DNA from: Amoebidium appalachense
Lineage: Eukaryota > Protista > Ichthyosporea
Direction: 5' to 3'
Assembly (NCBI GenBank): GCA_963693365.1
Contig: CAVNZM010000007.1
Location: forward strand, 4,771,962-4,835,961
Length of the DNA stretch: 64,000 nucleotides
The notes under the pieces are model-generated. The model searched no databases. It was given only the letters and a program-made list of their open reading frames with translations, and was not told the origin of the DNA. Positions within the stretch are counted from its first letter, which is position 1. Each line of letters starts with the position of its first letter. This document shows, one piece after another, positions 1 through 33,243 of the stretch. The translations under genes were made by a program, and so were the position numbers.

Positions 1-2194
1 CAACAATTCTTGCACCAACCGACTACATATCCCTCAAGCAGGGGAGAGGGAACCCACTCTTGGTCGGGCTCAATGTGGGGGCGTTTGGAGGCGCCCGTTG
101 CCTCCTCCCCATTAAGTGTCGTGGTGTCTTCCATCTGGCTGTGGTGGTGCCCCTTACCACCTGTGTGCTAGAGGCATGGGGCGCATCCTTTACCTGTAGA
201 ACACCACCACACGTGTCAGGTTGACCAAGGCACGAGCAGATGATGGTAAAAACACCGTGCGGATTTTGGGTAACAACACACTTGTAACTCTCAGCGAGGT
301 TGTTCTTGGATGTTGCGGGCAGCTTAGTAAAAAAAGGAAAATACATTCACCCACAAGGAAACTTGTCGATCATGTTAATAGCTGGAAAAAGCGATCTATA
401 AAGTGGACTTTTACTCTGACAGCACAAGCGTGCTCCAAAAAATTGGGGCAAGCTGTCCGTCTCCTACACGGCCTATACACCCCCAAAAGGCCCTTTGTAA
501 CAGTTGCTTTGAAGAAATTTGTGCAGTGCGCTGCCAACAGCTTGATGCACATTTCATGCAGTAGATGATAGTGTATCTATTTGTGTGTGGAGGTGCTTGG
601 CTAAATTATAACGTGTTCCCCTTGTGACGAGTTGCAACACGAGACCACAACGGAACACGACAACGTGAAGGAGTCCGGTAAAGAAGGGTCTTCCGAGGAA
701 GTCGATGTTCGTGGCAGTCCCTGCCTATATCTAAATTTTTTCTTTTAAGCGTGCTAACTTTTATAGATATATCACTCCATCAACGGCTCTCTAAATGGTA
801 GGTCACTAGTGGGTAATTAGAAGATTCTATTTTCCTTCCGTTTTTTGTGCTGAAGCAAGGAAACGAACGTTGAAATCACCAGTCACCCCAACTCCCCGCT
901 CTCCAGCAGAGCATCCTATACGTGATTGACACTTCAAAAAAATCTAACACCGTGCCGCTTAGAGTATTACCTTACTGTAACCAGACCACCCTCCCTCCTT
1001 GTACCCTTATCTCCCTACCCTAAGTTATCACAGCTTTGTCACTTTGAAAAGTTATGTGCTGTTGTGCCACCGTTTTCAAATATAACGGGCACGGTTCCGG
1101 CCGGTCCGGCAAAATCTTGCGCCCGGAGCGTGCCACCAACGGCGAGTTTATTAGCCAATCATACAACTTTTTAAACAGCTCGTTGATATAACTGTGTAAT
1201 CGCGAATGGCAATAGTTCAATAGAATTGATTGCTGGAGATTGCTTTTGTTATCACGCACGCCTTGAAACCGTTGAAGACGCGCGCCAACATTTGGCCAGG
1301 AACGTTACGAAGCCGGTATGCACATACAACAATTGCATTGTTTTCATGTGAGTTTCTCATTATTGCTGCTCCATGAGCCTATACGTAAAGGTGTAAAAAT
1401 AAACAAGAAAATGTACCGTGCACCGCATTTATACCTCCTTTTGCTGCACGCAAGGCAAAGTGGATTTACCCCCGTCCGGGCATGGATCGCATCTTGAAGA
1501 TCCAGACTGATCGCCGTTTTTTGGGCGGTTGCCAGGGCCACGCGTTTGATGAAACGGATCTGTGTGCTCCCTGAAGAGGACAAGAGAAAACTGGGGAACA
1601 TGAGCAACTTGTGACGGGATGTTGGTGATTTTCTGGTATCACAGTGTAGCGTATGGTAGTATTTTGTCTTAGTAGTCATGTGGCTAGCTCTAAAAGCCTA
1701 ATCTGCCCTGATTTCAGCACTTATTTCCAGTTGCGTCACTTTTGAAGCTCCTTGAGAGGCTCAGCTGATAGTGGTGACGTCAGCCTAGGGAGCTACTACT
1801 CGGCGGCACTCTCACTCACCTAGAAGTTACTACCATCCACTTTGTTGTAACGGAGCGACGGACCTAATAAAACTGGTGCTATGTTGAACTAGGACTCGTT
1901 TGTTTCTGCCTGCTGGCTTTTGTACTTCACCCTGTTGATCATGATCAGTCAGCTGGAGACGACGCCCAAACACGGACCCAGTTGGCCGACTGCTCGGTAC
2001 GTTTTCTGCATTCGACCGGGAAAGCACAGTCTAAGCACCAAGGGTAGTAACAACCTATGCCTTAAAAGTAAGGAGTTGCATTTCGTTGAAGTTTTAACCT
2101 AATTAGTCGACATGGATGAAACTGAATAGGTAAAGACAATACTGTATGCCAGGCTCTTGCTGGAAGCTCCCCCTCCCACCGTCCCCCCTCCTGA

Positions 2195-2226
<32 letters not shown>

Positions 2227-3183
2227 ACACTCACAAACTCTTATAAAATAGCACACACGCACACACAGCAGGCAGTGCATTAGCCGTCCCACCTATTACC
2301 TCCATTTTGTGCGCCCACATTACAACCACGATCAGGGGTGCTTCTGACATCACACGGCTGTGATTACTATGATAAGATAACAGTACAGTTCTTTGTTAGA
2401 AAGACCCTCGGTTGGAAGGTGTCAAAATTTGAATCGCAGTATAACAGTAATTCCATGAGTTCAATTTCTCTGTCCGGGTCTTTTTTTTAGTAGAAAAATG
2501 GCCTTCAGTCGAAACAATTGTAGTTTGAGCAATGCAGCTGATCCTTCTCCTCCCCCCCCCCCCCCCCCCCTCCCCCCCCCCCAAACACACACATCCAAAC
2601 AACAAAAAAGCAAAAAGCACACATACACACGTAAATGTTTGCACAGAGCACTAGCCCTTTAAATTTCCACCTACCATCTTTCTTTTATGCCCTCGCACGA
2701 CGACTATGGTCAGCTGAATTAACACAAAACGGTAACCCTGCCGTGGTCAAGTAATAATTCTACTCTCCTCCCCCCCCCCCCCCCCCCCCCGTGCCCTTTT
2801 TTTCCTTTTTTTTTTTTTTCCTGGGGGGGGGGGGGGGGGGGGGGGCTGCACTATATGACTAATGCCATTCGGTCTTGGTATTTGCCTGTTAGTTACAAGG
2901 CTACTTATGATATATACCGTGTGATATGGCATATGTGGCATACAGCTATTGGTCTCTTGTTTCTTGGAGTAGGAGGGGGGCGCTTATGGTGTTTTAAAGT
3001 TGCCGGCCCTCTCAAACAACAGAAGGTTGAGGTCACATGACGAACTTTAAGTGGTAAGTTTTTACGGCGTATTTACAAGTATACAAGTAAGTATTTACAA
3101 ACAAACATATGGTACGGTGGATAACGGTGCTTCGAAAAAACACTTGAACTTGAAAAAGCCCCATTTTGGTGTATTTCGGTACA

Positions 3184-3574
3184 TGTCGCCACGTCCCTAT
3201 GTTCCCAAATTCAGCTACAATGATGTACCTGCACAAGAAATTGTTACCAGTTTCTTCGTAAATACCCCCCTCCCTCCCCCCCGTTCCTCAGGAACGCCCC
3301 TCCCCCCCCCCCCCCCCCCCCCCCCCCCGGTCCCTCCCATTATAGCCAACTCGATGCATTAAAAAAGTCAGCTACAAGTATCCCCCCCCCCTCCTCCTCC
3401 TCAGGGACACCCCCCCCCCCTCCCCCCCGTTCCTCAGGACCCCCCCCCCCTCCTGTCCCTCCCATTATAGCAAAACCGATGCATTAATAAAGTCACAGTA
3501 ACTTTGTTATTTCAATGATGTTTTATTCCAATCCGATCTTTAGCTATCCCACGTCCCTATGTTCCTAAATTCAG

Positions 3575-3610
<36 letters not shown>

Positions 3611-4170
3611 CCTCCTCCCTCCCGTTATAGCCAACCCGATGCATTAAACTTTGTTATTTCAATGATGTTTTATTCCAATCCGATCTTTAACTATCCCACA
3701 TGATGTTTTATCCCAATCATTTAGACCTTCAGCTATTCCACGTTCACGATTAATTTTATGTACCCCCCCTCCCCCCCCCCCCCCCCCCCCCCCCGCCCCG
3801 TAAATTCTCCCCCCCTCCCCCCTCCCCCCTTTCCCCAGGACCCCCTTTCCCCCCTCCCCCCCCCCCCTTCCCCCCCCCTCCCCCCGGTTCCCCAGGAAAA
3901 CCCTCCGTCCCCCACCCCCCCACAAATAAAACCAACCCTTTGCATATTAGCAGCCTGGTAACTTTGCTATTTGAGTGACTTTCATGATTCCACTCCTTTT
4001 TAAATATCCCTCATCCCTATAGTCTTTCCACATTGGTTACGTGCCTGTACATGCACGATAAATTGCTATCAAGGTCCTCGTAGGTCCCCCCTCCTACCCC
4101 TTAGGCTCCCCCCTTCCCCCCCCCCCTCTTTCCCCAGGACCCCTCCCCCCCTATTATAGCCAACCGGGCC
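3184..4170. repeat. Degenerate tandem repeat array interleaved with poly-C tracts
   Basis: The motif CCCATTATAGCCAAC-CGATGCATTAA recurs near 3336, 3461 and 3620, with a degenerate copy near 4150. CCACGTCCCTATGTTCC.AAATTCAGCT occurs near 3189 and 3549. ACTTTGTTATTTCAATGATGTTTTATTCCAATCCGATCTTTA occurs near 3501 and 3648. Confidence 0.75.
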
Positions 4171-4200
4171 TATGCAAGAAAAGTAAAGACTTTGATTCTC

Positions 4201-4779
4201 TGTCCCTACAGTTCTAGCCGTGCAAGCAGAGTCAACACACTATTAATGCTATAGTACCAAGTGCGCGTCACGTGTAAACTTTATTAAATGGGTAATCGTT
4301 CCACACAACTATTAGTAGAACGCAATCACATGCATAACGTGCTGAGACAGTGCACTCTGCCACGGCACATTAATAGCGCGAGTGGTAGACACACACACAC
4401 CTTACTATGCAACCCACAACTGATATCAGACCAATGATCCCTTCTATCTGAAGCGGCAGATACCTGCCTGCACATACAGATGGGATCTATTTGAATCCGT
4501 ATCCAATCGTGTAAACACTGTACATCTAGAAAATCAACACACACAATATGACGTCACATCACGTCACTAACAGCGAAAACATAACCAGTTATTCTAGCAC
4601 TGTCCTCCGACGACCTAGGGCCAGGAACACAACGTGAAACTTATCCTGCCGCTGTACGGGTGACACAAACATGTAGATATCGGCCAATAACGGCATAATC
4701 TATGATTAGCTTGCATGCCAGATGCCTGTGTGCGAAAACACTGCGTGTGTTATTGTGCACCATTGCTGTAAGACCGACA
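4201..4779 (-). mobile_element. 3' LTR (~579 bp) of a Ty1/Copia retrotransposon remnant
   Basis: Bounded by TGTC...GACA. On the minus strand it is immediately preceded by a purine tract TATGAGGGGTG (4780-4790). It contains minus-strand AATAAA at 4280-4285 and lies downstream of a Copia RNase H fragment. Confidence 0.65.
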
Positions 4780-4999
4780 CACCCCTCATAACACTAGGGC
4801 ACAAAAAGGGAGTAGCGAAGATCCAGCGAAGAAAATCGCACCAATAAAGAGTGGAGAATAAAATTTAGCGAAAAACGCAAACACTCACACCCCTGGTTGT
4901 GTAGCCGCCACACTTGCTCACACCGTCTGCACCTTGCTGGATGGGGTACCACGAGTCTGCATACACACCCAGGTCTTACAGTTGTCGAGCAACGCACGT

Positions 5000-5190
5000 G
5001 TTTAAGTCTTGGCGATGACCTGCCGCCTGCTGATTGGTAGGCACATGCACAAGCGCAATGTCGCCGCGATGCACGTGGTGGCCAGTAAAACGGGTACTTC
5101 GTCATAATGTACTTGGTGCGGCTGAACATCTCGGGGTTCTTTGCAATCTTGATGCAGGCCTGGCCATTCGTCCTCGTGCAGAATAAATCC
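5000..5190 (-). pseudogene. Frameshifted Ty1/Copia pol RNase H C-terminal remnant
   Basis: Across frameshifts it reads ILHED-NGQACIKIAKNPEMFSRTKYIMTKYPF-TGHHVHRGDIALVHVPTNQQAA. This matches the Copia RNase H signature DNQA.I.IA.NP..H.RTKHI..KYHF.R..V..G.I.L..V.T..Q.AD. Confidence 0.85.
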
Positions 5191-6283
5191 GAAGTGCCTT
5201 TGTACATGTAGATCCCCCCCCCCCCAACCATCCCATTCAATAGTATTGCGGATTTAAAGTTGTAATTTAACAGCTTCGAATTGCGAATTCAGCTGTTAAA
5301 TTTCGTCCCATTTCATCCCCTATCCAGTTACAGATTCTGATTAGTTGCTATGCGGGAATGATTGTCAGCCTCACAGTGCCCCCCCCCCCCCGGGGGGCCA
5401 CCACCCCATCTTTGGAGGACGACATTAAGGGGTATAATCTTTTGCAAATGCTCTCCCTTTCATGTGTTGAGTACAGACTCTTTCAATCGCATGAAAGTAA
5501 CACGATCCGGGACTCGGGGGTGGGCACAGGGCTGTGGAGGGGGGAGGGGGCGGGGAAGGGAGGGACGGAGGGAGGGAGGGAGGGAGGGAGGGAGGGACGG
5601 GGGGGGGGGGTTTACTCCACATCGTGCTAAGTTCTGTCATGGCACATGATAAATTCTTTGTAGCCGTAATATTGTGACTGTGTAGCTAGCATGTGATGGT
5701 TTTAGAGGCGCTGGGTATCGTAGACATCATGAGTCAGCTTGTCGTGTTACATTTTATGTTTCTACCGTGGCCGTTAGGGTTCGGGTGCACTGTGTAGCCT
5801 CAGTTTTTTTTTTGTTGTAGCAATACTATGCGACTTAGTGTGCTGGGGCCGGGATGTAGCTACCTCCAGCGCTTTGTATTCAACTCTTGATAATCTTACA
5901 TTCACTGTAATCCGAACAATTTTCCTGACATCCCGATAATGATAGCTGAGGACAAACATCGTCAACCACAATGTCATCTGCAATGTGTGTTACCGACGTG
6001 TCTTTATGGAATTCAGTAAAGACTCAGTTTCTTTCCGAGGCATCTCCTCCTTTCTTTGTTCTCAGAATGCTTTTTTTCTTCCCCTCCTTTCTTTGTGCTC
6101 ACTAAATGCCTCTTTCCTCCTCTCTCATCTTTGTGCTAGAATGTCTTCCTTTTGCTTCAGTTCTCAATTTCTCGTCTATGTTTATTTATTATCCGGTCAT
6201 TCCGTGTGACCCATTTCAGTGAGCGTGTCACTCCTGGACAAGGACCTGCTGCTTCTAAGATTCTCCCTCTTTTTATTATATAG

Positions 6284-6315
<32 letters not shown>

Positions 6316-6353
6316 CTCAACGGTTTGTTGGGGGCAAAGGGCGGCGGCGGCCG

Positions 6354-6392
<39 letters not shown>

Positions 6393-7100
6393 GCAAAAAT
6401 TCCCTGACTCATGGTACCGGTGTCAGTACAAAAAATCCCCGGTGCGAAAATTCCGTGACACCTCCTCCTCCCCCCCCCCCCCCCCTCCTCCCCCCCCCCG
6501 CTTCCCCCCTGTTCATGTGTACTTCGTACTTTATGACGCATTCAACCCCCCCCCACCCCCCCACACACACACAAAGAGATTTGCAAGAAAAGGTGTTTTG
6601 GTAAACCAACAAATCTACATTACAAATGAAACAACTAATATTCAGAAATGAACTTCGAAACCATGTGTATTCGAAATACATCGCTGCAACCAGCCACTGC
6701 CTCAGGGCCCGCTATGCCCCCATGATGCCTCCACCTGGTCGAATGCCTGCCAGGCCCCACACGCAAGCCCACGGTCACGGCACCGCTTGCACCCCACCGC
6801 ACGACTCCGCCCACGGACCTAACACATAAGCGAAATCCACCGTGATGCTGCAAAATGGAAGGTGGGGGTGGGGGACAGGGTGTTAGTGCCATGTGTGTGT
6901 TCATTTGCCAAGTTCGTTTCTGTTTGACGCTGTTGGTCCCTTTTTTTTTTTTTTTTTTTTTTTGGGGGGGGGGGGAGGGGGGGGGAGGGAGGGCAGGCTT
7001 CTGGTGAAATGTGCTACACATCCTAAGCACATTGATCATGCCGAAAATAGCCATGCAGATAATGCTGATTATAAACACAGGTAGAGCAAAAGTGTGTGCA

Positions 7101-7132
<32 letters not shown>

Positions 7133-7430
7133 GGGGGGGGAAGGATATAGGGATGGGAGGGGCAGGAGGGAGGGGGAGGACGGAGGGAGGGAGGGAGGGA
7201 GGGAGGGGGGAGGGAGGGAGGGAGGGAGATGAGGTACGTAGGAGGGAAGCACGGAGAAAGATAGAGGGGCAGTGTGTGTACACGTGTGTGTGTGTGTGTG
7301 CGCGCGCGTGTGCGTATGTGTGTTTGAATGTATGCGTGTGTGCATACTTCTGTTTGTGTTCTTTGGTTGGCAGGTGTGTATGTGTGTGTGCGTGTGGGCG
7401 CGCGTTTGTGTGTGTGTGTTTGTGTGTCAC

Positions 7431-7462
<32 letters not shown>

Positions 7463-7595
7463 CGTGCGTGAGTGCGTGCATGAGTGTGTGTGTGCATGCG
7501 TGTGTGTGTGTGTGTGTGTGTGTGCGCGGGCGTGTGTTTTGGGGGAGGGGAAGGAGGTGGGAAAGGGGAGCCTAACCTTCTTACGTTTTTATATC

Positions 7596-9467
7596 TTATC
7601 CAATCCGTCTGGGCTGGTCAGTTTGCAGTCCGGCCTGTTGGCCGCGGGAAGTTCTCGCCACGCGACAAAATTGCTCGCGTGTTATTTTTGGACATGTTTC
7701 GAGTGGGCTAACGTCCACTTGGGGAAGCTGCCTGACGTTAATCTTGGCCAGGTTTGGATGGGCCCTCAGACATTCTACTGCACGCAAGGAACCGAGGTCC
7801 CATAGATGGAGGTGGGTCATGGCTACAACACCGGCAAGCGAATCGACATTTGTCAATTTGGGCCATTGGCTTATGCGAACCGTCTGAAGTGACGGCGCAC
7901 ACATAGGCACGTCGCCGAGTGTTGCCAAGTCTTTGCAACCAGAAATGGACAGATAACTCAGGTGGGCGTGGTCGATCCGAAACAACTTGCTGCCGCCACG
8001 CGGTGAACATCTATGCTCGCTACAAACGGCGGTGGTTTGATAGTTTCCGTGTGTACACCCGGACATTCCCTCACAGCTAGTTTGCGCAGATTGCAACACA
8101 TGACCAAGTCCCCCACATCACGCAGAGCAACGCATTTAACCAAACCGACTGTTTGCAGGTGATTGTGCGGGGAAGACACCGAAATCCCTGTGATTTGGTT
8201 GTTGCCGGAAATGGCGAGAGAACGCACACGTGGCATGTCGTCCAATGGGAGTGTGGCCCCAGCCACCGCCGGGCTCCCACAATCGGTTATCTCCAACGTG
8301 GCGAGTGCGTGAAATTTGGAAACGTGAGCCAAGGCAAACAAGACTCTCTTAAGGCGTAGCCTTTTCAGCGTACTGGCGTGCCGCTCAAGGACAGGAAGTA
8401 CATCGGCGTCCTCAATGAAGCTTGCGGTAAGCCACAGGGAAAATGATTCTAGGCGTGGAGCATGGATATCTGGGAAACCCCGAGAGAAGCCGTTGCACAC
8501 GAAGCGTATTTTACGCAAATGGCTGTACGGTCGGACTGCGACCACATCTAATGTCCGCCCGGTAGATACCTTCAGAACTTCCAAATTAGGAAGGTACGGC
8601 AGCACCAACAGATGCTGGTCCCCCCTGGCGTTGGGGGCGTCTACTATGTTCAGGTGCCTTGACCTGCACGTTCCCAGTACACCCAGGTTTAACGCCGATG
8701 AACTTCCCACCGCCGTGGCGCTGAGGGATAGCGATTCGAGGTTTGGACACACCCGGAGGATGCCTTGAAGGCTTCGCTCCATTGAGCCACCGTCGTGATG
8801 TACATCAAATTTCTTGACGGTCGGTTTTGCCGCAAGAACACGAAAAATCGGGTAAACTATCCACTGTAACTCTCAAGGTTACATCCTCCAGCACCGGACA
8901 TGTGTCTCAAAAAGTGCCAAAAAACTGTGCTCCCGGGTGTTCAAAGATGCTCAATGCAAGAGATGCCCGTTTCGTTTGCGGTCCGAGGCTTGTGTATACC
9001 GAATGGAGAAACGTTGATACGAACTCCCACCGTTCGGTCTCCCACACCACCAACTCCATTTTGTCGACACCCGAAAGAATGGATACGTCGCGACTCAATT
9101 GCATAGCCTGCTCGTGCTGTGTCTCGTTCCATTGGCCACCTCGACCATGTCTGTTCGTGTTTATGAAGATGGTGCTAATAGCCGCATGTCACACTCTTAT
9201 TTCGTTCAGGTTGCAAATCTTGTCTTCGAAAAGGCCAGACTCATTCAATACGGATCTGAAAAGTCTTAGTCCGACGGTGCCGGCGTGTGGGGACCGGGCC
9301 AGCTGAGCAAAGCGGCGGCAAACGAGGGAAAATGACTTTCGGGAATAAATCGGCAAAGAGCGCAGAATCTTGAACATGAGCTCGGGAGGCAGACAGGATA
9401 GAGGGCCATATGTGTGGCACGAGGATGAGAACGGTGAGAATGCACTCTGTGTCGATGGAGTACGCAT
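7596..9467 (-). pseudogene. Intronless F-box + leucine-rich-repeat protein pseudogene
   Basis: F-box LSCLPPELMFKILRSLPIYSRKSFSLVCRRFAQLAR, followed by LRRs (CPNLESLSLS, LPNLEVLKVS, LATLEITDC, CCNLRKLAVREC, LSYLSISGC). In-frame TGA stops at 9189-9191 and 8907-8909. Frameshifts at ~8830-8875 and ~8000. Confidence 0.85.
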
Positions 9468-10762
9468 ACATGGGGTTATAAAAGAGGGCGGGGGCAAGCA
9501 CCCAGGGGGAAGGGGAGGAGGGGGGGGAGGAGGGGGGATCACCTTCTGTATTTACAGTAGATGTCACATTGAGTCAGGTTATCGTAGAGTATTCAGGTTG
9601 CAAAGGGGTTAAATGTATATTTACATGCCGTGTGCATGTGCACGTGTGCGTCAGCAGACAAGCACTACAGAGTGGATGTGTGGACGTGTGTCCAACCATT
9701 GTGTGCACTACAGGCTTAATTTTTTGTGTGCGCCAGTGTTAAGCGTGCCGCAATGGGAGGCTGTGTGTGCGTGTTTGTGGGCGAGTGTGTGGGTGATATT
9801 TGTGTACACATGTGTGTGTGTTTGTGTATATGCGGAGGAGGCGTCCGGGGGGAGGGGAGGGAGGGGGGGGGGAGGGGGGGGGTTTAATCCAAACCACCCT
9901 ATCCCAGCCCAGCAAGCAAGCACAACTTTCATGGCATCAAGCACAGGGCAACCCAACGATCATGCGGTTAAAAAGGATGTCGATTACATAGCCAGAAAGT
10001 GTTCTGATAAAACAAAAAAGGGACACGCACCCATGATGTACAGCTTGTGTGAGAGACACGAGCTTCAAGACAGAGTGTGCATCTTGGCAATGAAGAGTGA
10101 AATATATGGCACGCAGCAAACGTGGCGATGTGCAACAAGCAAGGAGCAGCAATATCAGGAAAATGAAAGTGTGTATGGTATCTCAGGTATAGTTCACTAG
10201 CCGAATAGAAAAGAGGCGGGGAAGAGAAAATGTTTCCTCCAATTCTTTCCTGGATCATTCGTTTACAGACATCTTGACAACTTAAACGAGCCTTGATGCG
10301 TCTCCAGAACTTTCACCACCCAAACCCGGAATCCCAGAAACAAAAAGTGTATATACCTTGGGTGTGAGTGGCTGGCACTGGTGCAATGCTGTTGCTCACT
10401 TCACTCATGTTGGCGGCCGGTATGCTACGTAGGTCCGCTAGCTAGACTGGCAATTTACGACTCCGAGAATAAAAAGCCCTTAGGAAGCTAATCCGAGTGG
10501 AGTCTGGTCCCGGCACGCGTTCTGTATTCTACATAGTTCGACTATCAAGGGGTGTTAGAGTGCTGTAAAGGTGCCAAACAAAAAACGTCTACCGAAATGA
10601 AGGTATACAAAAATGAATGGAAAACACATCAGGATCTTCGAAGGCCACACCAAGGCACGCTATTTAGGAGGCCTTGGGCCACACCTTTCAAAAACAAAAC
10701 CTCGGGAGTTCAAATGTCACCCAAGTCATGTGACGTCATAACTCTGGAAGAAGTGTGTACAT

Positions 10763-10763
<1 letters not shown>

Positions 10764-10800
<37 letters not shown>

Positions 10801-10935
10801 AGGGAGAGGGAGAGGGAGGGAGAGGGAGAGGGAGAGGGAGAGGGAGAGGGAGAGGGAGAGGGAGAGGGAGAGGGAGAGGGAGAGGGAGAGGGAGAGGGAG
10901 AGGGAGAGGGAGAGGGGGAGAGGGAGAGGGAGAAG
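10764..10935. repeat. (GA)n and (GAGGGA)n microsatellite
   Basis: Directly visible dinucleotide run followed by a hexanucleotide run. Confidence 0.95.
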
Positions 10936-11967
10936 GGGAGGGGCCCGAGAGGGTGAGGGGGAGAGGGTGAGGGGAGTGGGGAGGGGGAAGGGGGGGGAGG
11001 GGGGAGGGGGGGAGGGGGGACGGGGGGAGGGGGGAGAGGGGGGGGGGGGGGGGGGGAGGAGGGAGGGGGGGCCGGAGAGAGATCTGATGATCCGGAGGGG
11101 GAGGGGACAGCAAGAGCGCGCGAGAGGCCGTCTTTGCAAATGTGCCCCTTTTGTTCAATCTCTCGAAGTCCACAATCTAAGAGATTTTCGTTTCTACTCG
11201 TTCAAGCTCAACGATGCCTGGATTTCTGGAGTTCCGGAAACGATCATATATTGGGCAAACAATTGCAAAAGGCAGCTGGATCGATGCACACTGTGACGGT
11301 TGCACATATGCATTGCACGACCCCAGTCGGTGTATAGAAGCAGTACTAGCCTGAATGATGTGCTTGTCGACGGTCACAGGTTCCAGACCCGGATCCCCAC
11401 TTCATTGTATGTATGCCTTGCACAGGCCGCAGGAGTCATGATCATGAATTAAAATTGATACACCCACATATGCATGTACAACGGACACTTGGGCAATGCC
11501 AAAAATGACACATGCATGCCTACAGCAGCGTGTATATTTGTGGCCATTACCAATCAATCATAAAACTGTCATGATATGTGTACAAGGGGACAGCAAGCCC
11601 ATCAACCTTGCCTTGTGTCGCTCTTGTGTCGCTGTAACTGCTTCAGGCCGATCAACAGCATGAAAGGTCGGTCTTGGTTGTCGCACCATACATCGGGAAC
11701 CAAGGATACATCACTACGAAGTATAGTGGACTAAAACCGGGCACGTGCTACTATGTTTAGGGGTCTACAAAATAGCAAACAAGATTGTTTCATAGAATCA
11801 TAACAGCACAATCAGAATTCTGATAGGAGCGCCTACATGTATAGGATCACGTGGTGATTAGCAACCAATTGCAGCGCTCCAAGGCTCTTTGATAAACCAG
11901 CTTAACATGTATTAACAATTGCAAGAATAATCATTTCAAAACATAACAGTTTGAGATCATATAACAC

Positions 11968-24724
<12,757 letters not shown>

Positions 24725-25558
24725 TGCGGCTGTGTAGATGGGTATGTCTGTGTGGGTGTGTGGGGGAAAGGTGGGAGGCCTCCGGTGGGTATGCGTGGCT
24801 TTGGCCACAAGCTCACTCGGTTGTTTGTGTTGACAAGCAGAAGGTCCGTACCGTGATATGAGCCACATGGGCGCACATGTATGTACATGCATGCGGTCTT
24901 CAGCAAACCGGGTTTTGTAAAATCTCTAAAGATCTGGTGTGTAATCACAAAAGAACTCTTTTTTGTTTTTTTGAACCCCCCTATTGTATGTGAAGAAAAC
25001 CGAAAAAGCCCTGTAAAGCACTAAATTTTGATTCAGGGTTCTAATTTTAGATCATTTCCCGCTATAACGGCTACATATCTTCGGAAAGGCCGCCGGCTAC
25101 TATGCATTAGTGCCATATCTAACACGTACTGACGTGTTGCCGCACGTGCGTCCCTTTTAAGTAAAAAAAAAAAAATAAAAAAAAAAAAAAAAAGGAGACA
25201 CCGCCTCAGTAGGTGGTAGGTGCCATATGCACCCCAAGACCAATGCACCCCTATCCGTGCAGGTCTATCCGTTCTCCTGCAGCCAATCATAATGTGAATA
25301 GGTGGTTTGTAAAGGTGTTATCGCAGTGTGTATTTTCCTGCATTTTAGGGTTGCTCTCGGCAGGGAAATAGTAGGCACACAAAAATTGCCGAGTCCACAA
25401 ACCTCAGCACATATCCAGTTTGGTTGACTTTCACACGTTGCGAGCGGCATTCCCCTGCAAACAAGTTCAAACATACACAAGAGAGAGACAGAGGGAGGTG
25501 GGTGAGAGAGGAATACCTGCACCCTCACACTGTAAGAGAGCCTCTCGGGCTGCTAAGA
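24725..25558. promoter_or_regulatory. Probable bidirectional promoter between RNase D and RRP36
   Basis: 834 bp between divergent start codons. The region is nearly free of the microsatellites that fill the introns. Specific elements were not identified. Confidence 0.55.

Positions 25559-33243
<7,685 letters not shown>

Noticed and set aside
8907-9191. TGA recoding (Sec/Trp) in the F-box/LRR gene
   Set aside because: The same gene also has two frameshifts, and intact neighbours (RRP36, SDS, ADC synthase) use TGA as a true stop.
9601-9612. piggyBac-like end (AAAGGGG-TTAA) next to the F-box gene, and TTAA-CCCTT at 45641
   Set aside because: No matching partner end was found in a compatible orientation or distance.
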